In this document: positions 24,036-36,805 of the stretch, one piece after another | Layout: every line of letters starts with the position of its first letter | Position numbering within the stretch: position 1 is the stretch's first letter | Origin: Carcharhinus amblyrhynchos | Lineage: Eukaryota | DNA: 64,000 nucleotides | Direction of reading: 5' to 3' | NCBI GenBank assembly: GCA_965287045.1 | Contig: OZ336872.1 | Span: forward strand, 93,744,001 to 93,808,000 | Made by a program: the position numbers and the translations under genes | Notes under the pieces: generated by a model | The model's input: the letters and a program-made list of their open reading frames with translations, nothing else | Told to the model about the DNA's origin: nothing | The model's database searches: none

Positions 24036-25419
24036 CCATGGATCACAGCAGCCTTACTTTTCATTCCTCCCCCTGAATTTGCATTACCAGCTGACCTTCG
24101 TACTCTTATCAAAATATGTTTTACAAAAATTAATTTTCTGTGCTTTTGTCCTGGCTTTTAACACTCCTCAGCTGTACATCTATCTCACGCTTACTCATTT
24201 CTTCTTTTTAATGAATACATTACATTTTACATCCATGCCATCTGGCAGTCTAACTGGTAGACCATCTTGAACTCACCAGTTCTCCAGTATATTCCCTTCC
24301 TATGCAACTCAGAGCTTTTGCATTAGTCTCTTCAAGCAACATATTACATTTCTATAATTTTGTCTCTACTGTATGTATGCAATTCTGGCCAAATAGTATA
24401 ACTTGTAAATGAAGACGAGCTGGTGACATGTAATTTATTCACAGCCACCAAACAACACTTTACATTCTTAATTTGAAACTATATATATTTGTAAAACAGG
24501 TTTATTTACCCAGAAGCTGGATCACTGTTACCCCTGAGTCAGAGCTCCCTGCCTTTGCTTTTCTTCTTGGGAATATTCAATATCCCAATATAAAGCAGAT
24601 TTGGTGATCTTCCAAACCTGAAAAAGATTGAAACTTTTGACCCCATACGATCACCATAGCAACAAAACAGCTCTTCCAAGTATAGTAGGAAGACTTAAAG
24701 TAGTATTGTTCTTGTTCTCCCTGCACATTTACAACAATTGCTCTGCAAAGACAACAGGAGAGACAACTGCTGGCCAGCGTGTACAACTGAGCACAGCCAA
24801 ATGAAATCAGGGAAGGGAAAGAAAGGATTTAAGCAGAACAGCTGGATTTCAACAGATTCTGCATATTGTCATTATATCTTATTGTTCTGTCGTTCATCTG
24901 GAATAAAATCCATTTCAAGTTGAGACGTAGGAATACAAGTATATTGTTGTATTATATACTGTCATCATGTGATACTAGTTAGGGAAACAAAGAATTATGT
25001 AGGTAATGGACCCAGTTTTACTTGAAACAAGGTAAGCATAGGACCTGTGGTGAAAGCAGCAGGCACAATCCGGATCGCCAATGAGCTATTTTAACATCGG
25101 GCCTTGTTTAATCTTCCACAATGTGTTATCTCCTGATCCTTGTGTGAATCTAGCAGCCAGCTGAACTCTCGCATGTTTTCCTGCAGCTGGTTCACAATGT
25201 CAAAACCCTTCACCTGCAAATCATGAGAACAGTATCATGATTTTACAGCTGATGTTGGATAAATGAATCTATCCCATTGAATGAATAGTTAGGACAGCTA
25301 TTATAGTTAGGATACTGAATGTTCAATGGAAAGATGGTTATGATGAGAGATATTTTGACAGATAAGATTCCTCTTATACAGCTAAATATATGGACCCAGA
25401 GATAGTAACTACCACCTAG

Positions 25420-28400
25420 CAAAAACAGGCAAAAAGAGATGACTATTTCCTCATTTATCTTCAACACTAGTAATTTGTTAGTAAGTGGAAGATTTTATTA
25501 GTTGTAGTAAGGCTTACTGGAGTAGTAAAGGTTGTTGGGAATAACAGTGTTTATTAATTATAAATTAATTAAAAATAAATTAATTCATGTGTAACAACAA
25601 TGGCAGGGCAAGTGATATGTTGCAACTGCAGAATGTGAGAAATCCTGGGTACCTGGGTGATCCAGGGCAAACATGTCTGTGAAGTGTCTGTGGCTTGAAG
25701 GGCTTTGACTCAGAGTCAGGAGGCCAAGCTGTGGACACTGTAATGCATCATGGAAGGGCAAAATTACCTGGACACTTTGTATCAGGAGCCAGTCATACCC
25801 TTTAGAATAGGGTCTTCTGGTTTAGTCAATGGTCAGGGACAAGAGGGTAAGACTGTGAATGATACAGGTAGGGGGATTTAGAAGGTAGAAGTGGAGAAGC
25901 CTCAGGCTTTGTAATTGTTCAACAGGTTTGAGGCAGGTTTCACACCTGAATCAGGAGATAACTGTTATATATTAGTTTGGCGTGTTATGTGCCTTTAAGA
26001 GAGTGGTTCAGGTGATCCTGGTAACAAGATTCATCTGGGTGGAGCTTGGACTGACTGTGCAACTGTGATCGTGGTTGAGCATGATGCTTTCTTCACAGGT
26101 CCTACACTTGCCTTGGCCTCAAGTAATACTTGGGTCTTTTATTTATCCATTTTATCAATTTCCTGCAGCCTATACGAATAAAATTGGTGGCTGCAAGGTG
26201 GATGAGTAAGCTGATCATGAACCATGATAAAGGAAGCCATTCATGAAAGGGGAATGAATCAAAATGTGGTGGTAGTTGGGGACAGTATAATCGGGGGAAC
26301 GACAAACCAGATGGCAGTGTTGCCTGCCCAGTTCCAGGGTTTGGGGCATTTATTCTGGGTTGGAGATGAAGTTGCAGGAGGAGTGGGGAGGATCCAGTGC
26401 TTGTAGTCCACATAGGTAACAATAATATAGGCAGAACTAGGGGAGATGTTCTGCTGCGGTGTATGAGCAGCTAGGGGCTATAGTACCAAGCAGAACATCA
26501 AAGGTAATAATCTCTGGATTACCGCCTGTGTCATAAGCAAATTGACATTGGATAAATCAGATTAGCAAGTTAAATGTGTGGCTCACAGATTTATGTAGGA
26601 GGATTGCTTGTGGGACAGTAGCATTGGTATAGGGGAAAGTGGGAGCCATACCATTAGGACAGTCTTTCCCTGAACCACTTTGGGATGAGTGTTCTCACAA
26701 GTCATATAATTAGGGCAGTAGAGAGGGCTTTAAGCTAAATTGTGGGGACAAGGGATCAAGTTTGGGAAGCTGAGATAAATTGAATAGATAAAACAAGACA
26801 AAAGAGTAAGTAGGAATTAGGGGAGTGAGGATTAGAGCAAGGTAAGAAGGGACAAATGTACAAACCTGAGAGTGCACCAACAGATAAGGATAGAGGTGAC
26901 AAAAAAAGTTTAAAAAAGCAGAATGAAAGGTTCTGTATCCAAAATCATGCAGTATTCATAACAAAACAGATGTATTGACAGTACAAATAAAAATAAAGAT
27001 GTATGATCTGATAGCCATTACAGAGACATAGCTGTGGGATGTCAAAAACTGAGATCTGAATATTCAAAGTTACATGACATTTAGAAGGATAGGAAGTTCT
27101 TAAAAGGCGGAAGGGTAGCTCTGTTAATTAAGGATGATATTGGTACAATAGAGAGAGAGATGATCTTAGTTCTGGAGCCTAAGATATAGAATCAGTTGAA
27201 TAGAGATGAGAAATAGTAAAAGTGAGAAGTCACTTGCAGAACTGATTTATAGATTCTCCCCACCAAAACACGTAGTAGGATGGGGAATACAGGAAGAAAT
27301 AATGGGGACTTGTGAGATTGATTGATTTAATTTACATATAGACTGGACAAATCAGATTGGCAAAGGTAGTCTGGAAGACGAGTTCATAAAGTATTTTTGA
27401 GACAGTTTCTTAGAACAACACATATCAGCACCAACCAGAGATCAGGCTATACTGGATTGGCTAATGTGCAATAGGACAGGATTAATGACAGAATTAAAGG
27501 CACCCCTAGGAGCAGTGATCATTACATGATTAAATTTCACATTCAGTTTGAGGGAAAGAGGAGTGAATCTATGACTAGTATTTTAAGCTTAAATAAGAGT
27601 AATCATGAGGCATGAAGACAGAGCTGACTAAAGTGAACTGGGAAATTAGGTTAAGGGCTAGGCCAATGGAAATGAAATGGCATATATTTAAAGAGATATT
27701 TCAGAATACTCAGAAAAAATATATTCTAGCGAGAAAGAAAGACTGAGAGAATGAAACATCATCCAAAGTTAGCTAAAGAAGTTAAAGGTTGTATCAAATT
27801 GAAAGAAAAAGTATATAATTTGACAATGATCAGTGTCATGCTGGAATATTGGACAGAATATAAAGAACAGCAAAGGATGACTAAAAGATTAATTAAGAGG
27901 GAGTACGAGAAATATAAAAATAGATGATAAGAGTATCTAAGTCTTTAACAAGGAAATGAGTAACTAAGGTGAGCATTGTGATCTAGAGGGTGATGATGGT
28001 GAAACTAGTAATGGAAATTAAGGAAATGATGATGAATTAAACAAATATTTTGTGCCTGTCTTCTCTGTAGAGTTTACAAATAACATCCCAGAAATAATTA
28101 TGAATCACAAGGTTGAAGAGAGGGAGGAACTTTAAACAATTACAATCACCATGGAAAGAGTACTGAGAAAATAATTAGAATTGAAAGCTCTCAAGTCCCA
28201 CGTGGATTTCATCCTAAAGTCTTAAAAGAAATGGCCACTGCATTGGTTTTAAATTTTTCAAAATTCCCTAGATTCTGAGAAGCTCTCATCAGATTGGAAA
28301 ACAGTGAATGTGGCTCCTCTCTTCAAGAAAGGAGAGAGTCAGAAAACAGGAAACTACAGGTCAGTTAGCTTAACATTTGTCAGGCAATTGCTGGATTCTA

Positions 28401-30620
28401 GAGAGTGGGTACAGACTTGGTGGGCCTAATGGCCTCTTCTGCACCATAGGGATTTTATGATTCTATTATCAAGGACAGTATAGCAGGTCACTTGGAAAAT
28501 CTCAGTGCAATCAGAGTCAACATGGTTTAGCAAAAGGGAAATCATGTTTGACTAATTTATTGGAGTCCTTTGAGGAAGTAATGTGCATCAGGGATAAAGG
28601 GGAACCTGTGGATGTGCTGTACTTGGATTTACAGAAGGCATTTGATAAGGTGCCACATCAAAGATTACCATGCAACATAGGAGATTATGATTTTGCAGGG
28701 TGATGTATTAGGTTGGAAGGATTATTCGTTAGCTAACAAGAAACAGAGTGTAGGCATAAAGATCATTTTCAGATAGGTAAGATATGCAGAGTAGAGTGCC
28801 AAAGGGATCATTGCTGGGAGTTCATCTATTTATATTTATATTGATGGCCTGGATGAAGGGACCAAATGTATGGTTGTTAAAATTTGCTGATGGCACAAAG
28901 AGAGATAAGTTGTAAAGGAGACATAAAGAACTGAATTTTATGTGCCCCACTTGGTGTGTTTTTCAGTGTGGGAGCCACAAAAAAATGGGTGTGCCAACTC
29001 CATCATCCTCTTGTCCACTGTGGAGTTCACCCCATAACACAGGGGTGGGCAGGTTCTGTAATCAGCAGCTTGCCCACCATATTTAAATAAATAACCAAGA
29101 TTGAATTGAACTTGCTAACATCATTCACCAACGCATTATCTCAGTGGCCATTTCTTTTAAGACTTTAGGATGAAGTCCATCCCAATTGACTGAGATAATA
29201 TGTTATCCAGTTCATTGCACAGTTGGTCTGAGCAGTTGGGTGGAAGTGGGCTGGCCATCTTTTTAAAAAACTTTTTCAAAGGGCAGAAAGGAAGTGGGAC
29301 GAGGTGGAGTGGGGGGGGGAAAAGGCTGCTATCTTCTGGGCGTGCCCTTTGCACATTGTAGGGCAGCCCCCCTAAGATAGTGACTTCCTTTCACCCAGCT
29401 GCTCAGTGGAAGACCATAGATTTACTTTGCTCTGGGACCAATGAGCCTTATTCTTGGGGCTGCTTGCAGTTTGAGCACGACTTACTAATGCAGTCCTGCT
29501 AGAAAAGTCAGCTAATCTACTTAACCAACAAAGTCTGTGGATGCAACTTCTTCCCCAGTGAAGGGTGAAACCTTATTAGCATTATGGCTGTAGGGTGGGC
29601 TGATGTGGAGCAAGTTAGCTCTGCACTGACTTCACTTTGAGTTGCCAACTGTCTACCTGCGTCCCTTTAATATGCTGCCCAAGGTGTCAGCAAGGGGATA
29701 TAGATAGGTTAAGTGAGTGGGCAAAAATTGGGAAAATGTAAACTTGTCCACTTTGGCAAAAAGAATATAAAAGGAGCACTTGGAGAGAGTTTGCAGAACT
29801 CTGAGATACAGAGGAAGCTGTGGGTACTAGTACATGAATCAGGAAAAGTTAATATCTAGCTATATCAATGATTAAAAAGGCAAATGAAATGTTGTTGTTT
29901 ATTGCAAGGGAAATCCAATATAAAAGTAGTGATACTTTTCTACAGTTGTACAGGGCTTTGACATGACCATGTCTACAGTATTGTGTACCTGTTGGACTTT
30001 AACCTGGTGTTGTGAGACTTCTTATTATGTTTACCCCAGTCCAACGCTGGCATCTCCACATCATACAGTATTGTGTACAGTTTCTGTCTCCTTACTTATG
30101 AAAGGATATAAATGAGATCAAAGCAGTCTGGGGAAGGTTCACTTGACTGATTCCAGGATGGAGTTACCTTATTATAAAGGTTGGACAGACTGGGCCTGTA
30201 TCCGTTGGCATTTAGAAGATCAAGAGGTGATTTTATTAAAACATATAATTTTCTCAGGGGACTTGCAAGGTGGAAACTAAAAGGATGCTTCCCTTTGTGG
30301 GCGAAACCAGAACGTGGGGACACAGTTTAAAAATATGGGGCCTCCCAGTTAGGACAGAGATGAGGAGAAAGCTTTCCTCACAGAGGGTCGTGAATCTTTG
30401 GAACTCTGTTCCCCAGAATATGGTAAAGGCTGGTCATTCAATATTAAGGCAGAAGTAGAAATGTTCTTGAGTAATAAGGGAGTCAAAGGAATTTGGCAGG
30501 TGGGTGAAATATGAAGTTGAGGCTGTGGTCAAATGAGCCATAATCTCATTGAATGGCAGAGCACTCTAAAGGGCTGGACGGTCCACTACTGTGCCTAATT
30601 CATATATTCCTATGTGTATG
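25420..30620 (+). mobile_element. Near full-length but decayed CR1 (ORF1 zinc finger and SGNH esterase, ORF2 APE and RT, 3' tail) with nested insertions
   Basis: ATG at 25600 reads MAGQVICCNCRM*; VVVVGDSII ~26266; DPVLVVHIGNNNIG ~26391; YDLIAITET ~27002; YLDLQKAFDKVPH ~28620; QRVVNLWNS ~30381; tail ~30600. Inserts at ~25960-26200, 28401-28458, ~28930-29680 and 29989-30063. Confidence 0.85.
29989..30063 (+). mobile_element. 75-bp Penelope-like 3' fragment with a 15-bp target-site duplication
   Basis: TACAGTATTGTGTAC at 29974-29988 and 30064-30078. The insert matches 12300-12374. Confidence 0.8.
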
Positions 30621-33600
30621 ATCATATGCTTCAATGAAACACGAAAACTTGTGTGTAAAACTGAGGATAATCACAGCACAGAGTAAGGAATGCACGTTAT
30701 ATATCAGTACCATTGATTGAAAATGCCCAGTATTAACATGGGTTCCAATTCTTATGCTGAAATGGTAACTTAGTGATTGTCAATAATTTTAATAGCTCAA
30801 TTCAAGGTGTTTTTTGATTCTGTAGGGATTTAAAATCTTATGTAGAAAGCTAAATTATAAGATCTCCTTTTCTTTTGCCAGAATGCATATAGAATCTCTA
30901 AACAGGCTCCTAAGTTTGTTTAAGAATCTTGCCACAATCCTTGATTACAACTGAAGATGATCTGAGGGATCATCCTTTTAGTACGAGGACCACAGTTGCA
31001 CCAGGCACTGATCAAAACAGAATTCTGTTAAAATGGCATTCGAGCCTAAAAGACATCATCAGACCCAGATTTTTGAGTTTCAGTTTGGCCTTTGCATGCC
31101 TGAGGTGTAGATGATAAATGGTGTGAAATCAGTGAAGGTCTAACAAGTATTACCTTGCCATCATTTTTAACTTCAGCATGCCCCATTCTCATTGGATGCT
31201 GGGGTTAAAATTGGATCGTAATGCCTATTATTTTGCCTGCATATTTTTCATGATTAGCTATAGCTTGATCAAACCTGGCTCAATATATGACAGTTGCCTA
31301 CATCTGGAAGTTCAACATAGCAGCCTAGATTAGATGTGATTCTACACCAATTTTCAAATTTTAATTTAATATTCTTAATTTCAAAATAAATTTTAAGTTA
31401 TTTCACAGAACCTCTATTATGTGATACAATTTCATTTTTTTTATGTGCAGCGATGTCCCTAATTTCTGTCACAGTTTTCTTTTTGCTTTTCCCAGGGCTG
31501 TTGACTGATACTTAGATCCGGTTCCACTACTTCTGGCTGTTCTCTAGTTCCTGATTGAAGTAACTTTTTAAAATGTGACCCCAGACAAAGTGGATTCAAC
31601 AGGGATTGTGGGTGGCATCAAACTACAGTCTGATCACTTCTTGCCCAATGTCCACATGTGCACATTTTCCATCAAGGGTCATTTGGATAGAAACTTGATT
31701 TTGCCTAAGAAGCGCCAAGGTGAATATCAACCTACTTAGTGTTGTCTTGTAATAAGCAGGCAGCTAAATCCTGGTTTCAACATAGAGATGAGGCTTGAAG
31801 GGGACCCTAGTGTTAGAAGGCAGAATTGTAAGGGAAAAGTAGAGAAATTTGAGTTGGTTGAACTTAGAAGGAGGCAACCACGAGAGATGATTGTAAGTGG
31901 TAAGTTAAAAGGTGATTATGGAAATGGTGACACTGGAGCAAACTGGATGATAAAAGGAGGGTTGAGTAGAATTCATCGTCTGTATCGATCTTGTAATCTG
32001 CATAAATACCATCAAATGAAGCTTATCATACCATCAAACATATTGTACTCATGACATAAATACAATTTACACACAAAACAAAGCCCCTTGAGAATATTCT
32101 TTCTCTGGCAACTTATAAACTCAATTTTTCATTTTGGGTAATTTGGACTGCAAATGAAAACATATCTTTGACCTAATTTAAATTAATAAGTTATTCCAAA
32201 TCTTTCTAGAACAAAAGATACTTTTAGTTTTGTATATATCTTGACATAATAAAAATGAAATAGATTTTTAGTGTATCACTATCCTGTTTATGTTAGGTAA
32301 AGTACCATGGTTATTGTAACGTTTATAGACGTACAGCTATTTAACTTCTCGTGATTTGAAGGTTATTTGTCAAAGAGATTTGAGGGAAAAAGTATGGAAA
32401 TTACCCTGCTTATTAGCAAAAGATCTATTCCTCCAGTCAGGCATTCGAAGCAAATATCCTTCACAAATCAATACTTGGTGGTACAACTTCTGTTTCAGAT
32501 AACCCTTTGCAGCTGTTTCTCCGTAGGTCTCACCAAATCCATGTGAAGAACGCAGGAATGGCTTCCCATGGCTCTTTTAGATTCTGTTTCAGCTTAGCTA
32601 GGTTTGTTGCCGTTTTTTATTTTAGATGATAATTTAATTGGAAACAGGCCCACTATTTGGTTTAGGGCTGACGAATCACCAACCAATTGTGAAAAAAAAG
32701 ATCTATTCACTAAATGCCTTTAAGGAGCTTCAGATATGGTTTGAATAACTGATGTACCACAGAGAATAATTCTGAGCAGCAAGGGCATGAGAATTTTTGT
32801 TTAACATTGATTTTTTTTTTCCACCTACATTTTGGTTCTTTTGTAAGTTACCTCAGCTTCATATTGATTTTGGAGGGCAAGGTACTGATTGGCAGGGGTG
32901 AGATTCCACCAGGACATTTTGAACAAATTGACCCAATAATTATTTTTATAAAGAGCAACCTTTCCCTTCTTCATTTGGTTTTATTGTGGTTGTTTACATC
33001 AGACATGCCTAGACTCTCACTGATCATGATGGAGGCTTATTGTGCAGTGACGGGAGATGAACATGACTAGGCTTGAAGCCAGGATTTTATGGCCCCTCCT
33101 GGCTGGCAGGATATTACGGTACCACCAAAGTAAACGTCAATTTAAATGGCCTGCCACATCTGCTTGAAGGGAGATACACTTTGGCAGATCTGTAAAACTG
33201 TGGCCTGAGTGTCTCACAGCAAAGGGGCTGTATACTCATCCTTGAAGCTGTACAACCTTAAGACAGTGTGTCTTTGGATGCTAACCTGAGTCACATTCAT
33301 GGCTATTTTTTTCAATATCTATGGAGCACCTCTTTTGCTTTATACATGATCCTTTTTCCATTAAATGGTCATATTTTTGCTTATGCAATTACTCAGATAT
33401 ACTTGTTACAAACTCAGTGGGTTCAAACAGTCCATAAGAACCAAATTAACTGAACAACCCCAATGAGTAAGTCGCTTTTACAACTTTTACTTTAACAGTC
33501 AAACAAAAATCGACATAAATTAAGACTGGATTGAGGGACAAATTGTGGTCATTACAAATTGCACATTAATTCACGGATACGACAAAGATGTATCTCACAG

Positions 33601-34038
33601 ATTTACTGGGCAATTGGCTCAGCATATATGGCACCAATTCCAGCTGCAAAGTCCTTCTAAGTTCTGACAGTTTGGGTTGTAAATGTAACCAGTCTGATTG
33701 AAACATCTGGCTTTTCGCAACCATCTGACTATGTCATGAGGCTGCCCCTGGGGGCAAACATCTTAACAGCAGTTCAATAAAGCCTCTCATTGAGACACTC
33801 ACCAATGAATGTCTGGGATGAAATTTTATGGCCCAGTCATGGCAAGGGTGGGCCTGTAAAATGTGGCAAGCCATGCAAAAGTCCATTGTCTTCAGTAGGA
33901 CTGGAAATCCCCATTGGCAGCAGGGCCTTTACAATTCTGCCCCTTCAGTCCTTATGTATGAAACATGGGGTGAAATTTTCCCATCCTGCCCACCACGGGA
34001 GTGGTGACAGGGAGGCCGCAGTTGGAAAATCCCACTCA

Positions 34039-35960
34039 TGATGTCAGAACGTGAAGAAGAACTTGATTTTTGAATGCTGGAAATGATATGGAGAACACAC
34101 TGAGAGGTCAGGGACACAGAAAAGTTAGAATCTGCAGAAAAGCTGCTGAAAAAAGGACAAAAATAAAAGTTGCAAGTAAAATACTGGCTACAGAGAAGAC
34201 ATAGCTAAGGAAGAAACACAGAAAGGTTCAAACCTGCAAAAATGCTACTGAAAAGGACAAAAGAAAACAGACAAAAGCTGTAAGCAAATTCTGAATGAGT
34301 AAAAAATGGCTGCAGTAAATTTTCCCATCCCACTCCTAGTCAGTGATATGCAGCAAAACTGGTAGTTTTTCCACTTACAATTGCAAAACTTGGAGATGCA
34401 ACATATTTAATTAACAAGCCTGGACAATTCAGCATCTGCCAAGAAGAGTTCCAGCTGCCCTCAAGTTAAGCTTAAAAAACAAGGCAGAAGAGCTGGAAAA
34501 GAGTGAAGTCATCAAAAAAGCGGCAACTCCTACAGACTTGATTTGCTGCATGGTGGGAGTGAAACAACCTGGAAAACTGTGAGTATGATGACCCTAAGGA
34601 TCTAAACAAAGCGCTGAAGAAATCCACTACCCCATGCCAACCATCGAAGGAATGCTGTTGCAAATTGACAAGCCAAAGCTATTCACCACCCTAGATTTGA
34701 AAGATGGTTACTGGCAAGTAAAGCTGGATGAAAGCAGAGGCCGTCTAATGCCATTCTGGATGCTGTTTGGGAGACACAGATGTTTGCATGTGCCATTTGT
34801 CATTTCTGTGGATCTAGGAGAGTATCAACATAGACAACATGAGATAATCAGTCATCTTCCTGGAGTGAGAGCCATAGTGGATAATCTACTAATCTATAAA
34901 TGTGGAGACACAATGGAAGGAGCCAAAAACGGACCAAGATCTTCATTTAAGATATAGGCTATGAAAATTGAGAAGCTTTTGTTTTGTATGACTGCTAGAG
35001 AAAGCTTGCCAGATAAATCTGAAGCTGAACGAGAACATATTGCAACTGAAGATGCCCAACATCAAGTACATAGATAATGTATTGATGGCAAAAGGTCATC
35101 ACCCAGATCCTGATAAGGTGAGAGCTTTAGCAGCAATGCAGTGACCAACAAACGTGAAAGCAGCGAAATGATTTGTTAGGTTTGTGAACAACTTAGCTAA
35201 ACATTTGCCAAATTTGTCAGCTGGATGTGGACTATGGTGCAAGCTCATTGCCATACACTGCTGCCTCCCTGTGACTCCCGCATTCCTTGTCCTCCACCCC
35301 TTGACGGCCCAATCATTGGCCCCCACAAACATGCCCGAGCCCAGTGTTGATCCAGCCCCAGCCTGAATCACCCCCGATTCTCCCTCAGTCCCAAACTCCA
35401 ACCTCCCTGCAGCACTGACCCCCCTTCCTCAGTCCCGACGTCCCCCCAACCCGCAGTGTCGAGCCCCCCCTTCAGCCTGACCCACTAAGCAGGCTAACCC
35501 TCCCCCCCCATTCCGATGGCCATCTCCATTGCTGGCCTCCCTCCTTCTGTCACTCAGTCTGAGTGCAGATTGGCAGCAGAACTCCCTACCCCTACAGATT
35601 GCCCTTCATTGTTTAAAGACTATTGCCAGAATTTTCTGGCCAGTCCTGCTGATGGCCCACCCACCACAGATTTCCCAGTAGTGAGGGGTGCTTTCAACGG
35701 GAAACTCCATTGACAACAGCAGGACTAGAAGACCCCACCACCGGCCAATGGCAGTCTGAATCCACTGCTGCAAAGCATATGGTGGGGTCTGCGGAAAGTC
35801 CTGACCTGTGTGTGCAATGCATTTGCAGAACTTGATGAATAGAACAGTTGCTAACGCATGAAAACAGTGCATAACCTGGATAAGTCACAGTCAACTGAGT
35901 TTGATGTTTGCTAGGAAAAGAGGATGTTTGAATCTTTTGTTTAATATGAAAAGGGGAATG
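34039..35960 (+). mobile_element. Degenerate Gypsy/Ty3 internal region (RT relic), interrupted by a MITE-like insert (~35270-35800)
   Basis: HYPMPTIEGMLLQIDKPKLFTTLDLKDGYWQVKL...IVDNLLIY (ORF 34634-34957), PDPDKVRAL ~35102, PBS-like TGATGTCAGAAC at 34039, purine tract GAAAAGGGGAA then TGT at 35948-35961. Confidence 0.75.
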
Positions 35961-36231
35961 TTTGGGTTTTGAAATATAACCTGAATGATCAGTCTTTCCA
36001 TACTCTGGAGGCAGACATCCTAAGAGGAGTTCAGTAAAGTCTCTTACTGGACATTCTATGATCGATCTAATGCAATGGCATCATTTTTTTTCACATATTT
36101 TATATACATCATGGCCAGCCAATAAGTTTTGACATTTGGACATCACCATGTAGTATTGAGATACAGGTCCCAATCCTCTTTCCTTTTCCCACAATCCTTT
36201 TTAAAAATTACTGCTGTACCAAGGTTTTATT

Positions 36232-36805
36232 ATCACAGAATCACAGAATCCTATAGTGCAGAAGAGGCCTTTCAACCCATCAAGTCTGCACAGACGCATG
36301 GAAGGCCCTGACCTGCCCACTTGTCAGCACTTGGCCCACAATCTTGAATGTTATGGCGTGCCAAGTACTCATCCAGATACTTTTTAAAGGACGTAAGGCA
36401 TCCCGCCTCCATCACCCTTTCAGGCAGTGCATTTCAGGCCATCACCACCCTCTGGTAAAAATGTTTTGCCTCAGATTCCCCCGAAACCTCCTACCTCTCA
36501 CTTTTAACATGTGTCCCCTTGTAACTGACCCTTCAACTAAGGGGAACAGCTGCTCCCTATCCACTCTGTCCATGTCCCTCATAACCTTGAACACCTCAAT
36601 CAGGTCGCCCCCTCAGTCTTCTCTGCTCCAGAGAAAACAACCCAAGCCTATCCAAATTCTCTTGATAACTTAAATGTTCCAGCCCAGGCAACATCCTGGT
36701 GAATTTCATCTGCACCCCTTCCAATGTGTTCACGTCCTTCCTAAAATGTGGCGACCAGAACTGCACACAGTACTCCAACTGTGGCCTCACCAAAGTTCTC
36801 TTATA
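36232..36805 (-). mobile_element. CR1 3' fragment
   Basis: Minus-strand [20 protein letters not shown]...[11 protein letters not shown]; tail (ATCACAGA)n on the plus strand. Confidence 0.9.

Noticed and set aside
24380-24432. CTGGCCAAA...ATGAAG...GCTGGTGAC as a decayed LAK...MKLGD OAR exon
   Set aside because: Spacing does not fit and there is no acceptor; too weak without an alignment.
31480-31550. Acceptor followed by AVD*YL, resembling a PAX7-like terminal exon
   Set aside because: Wrong phase for the exon 8 donor, an internal stop, and no further similarity; likely chance.
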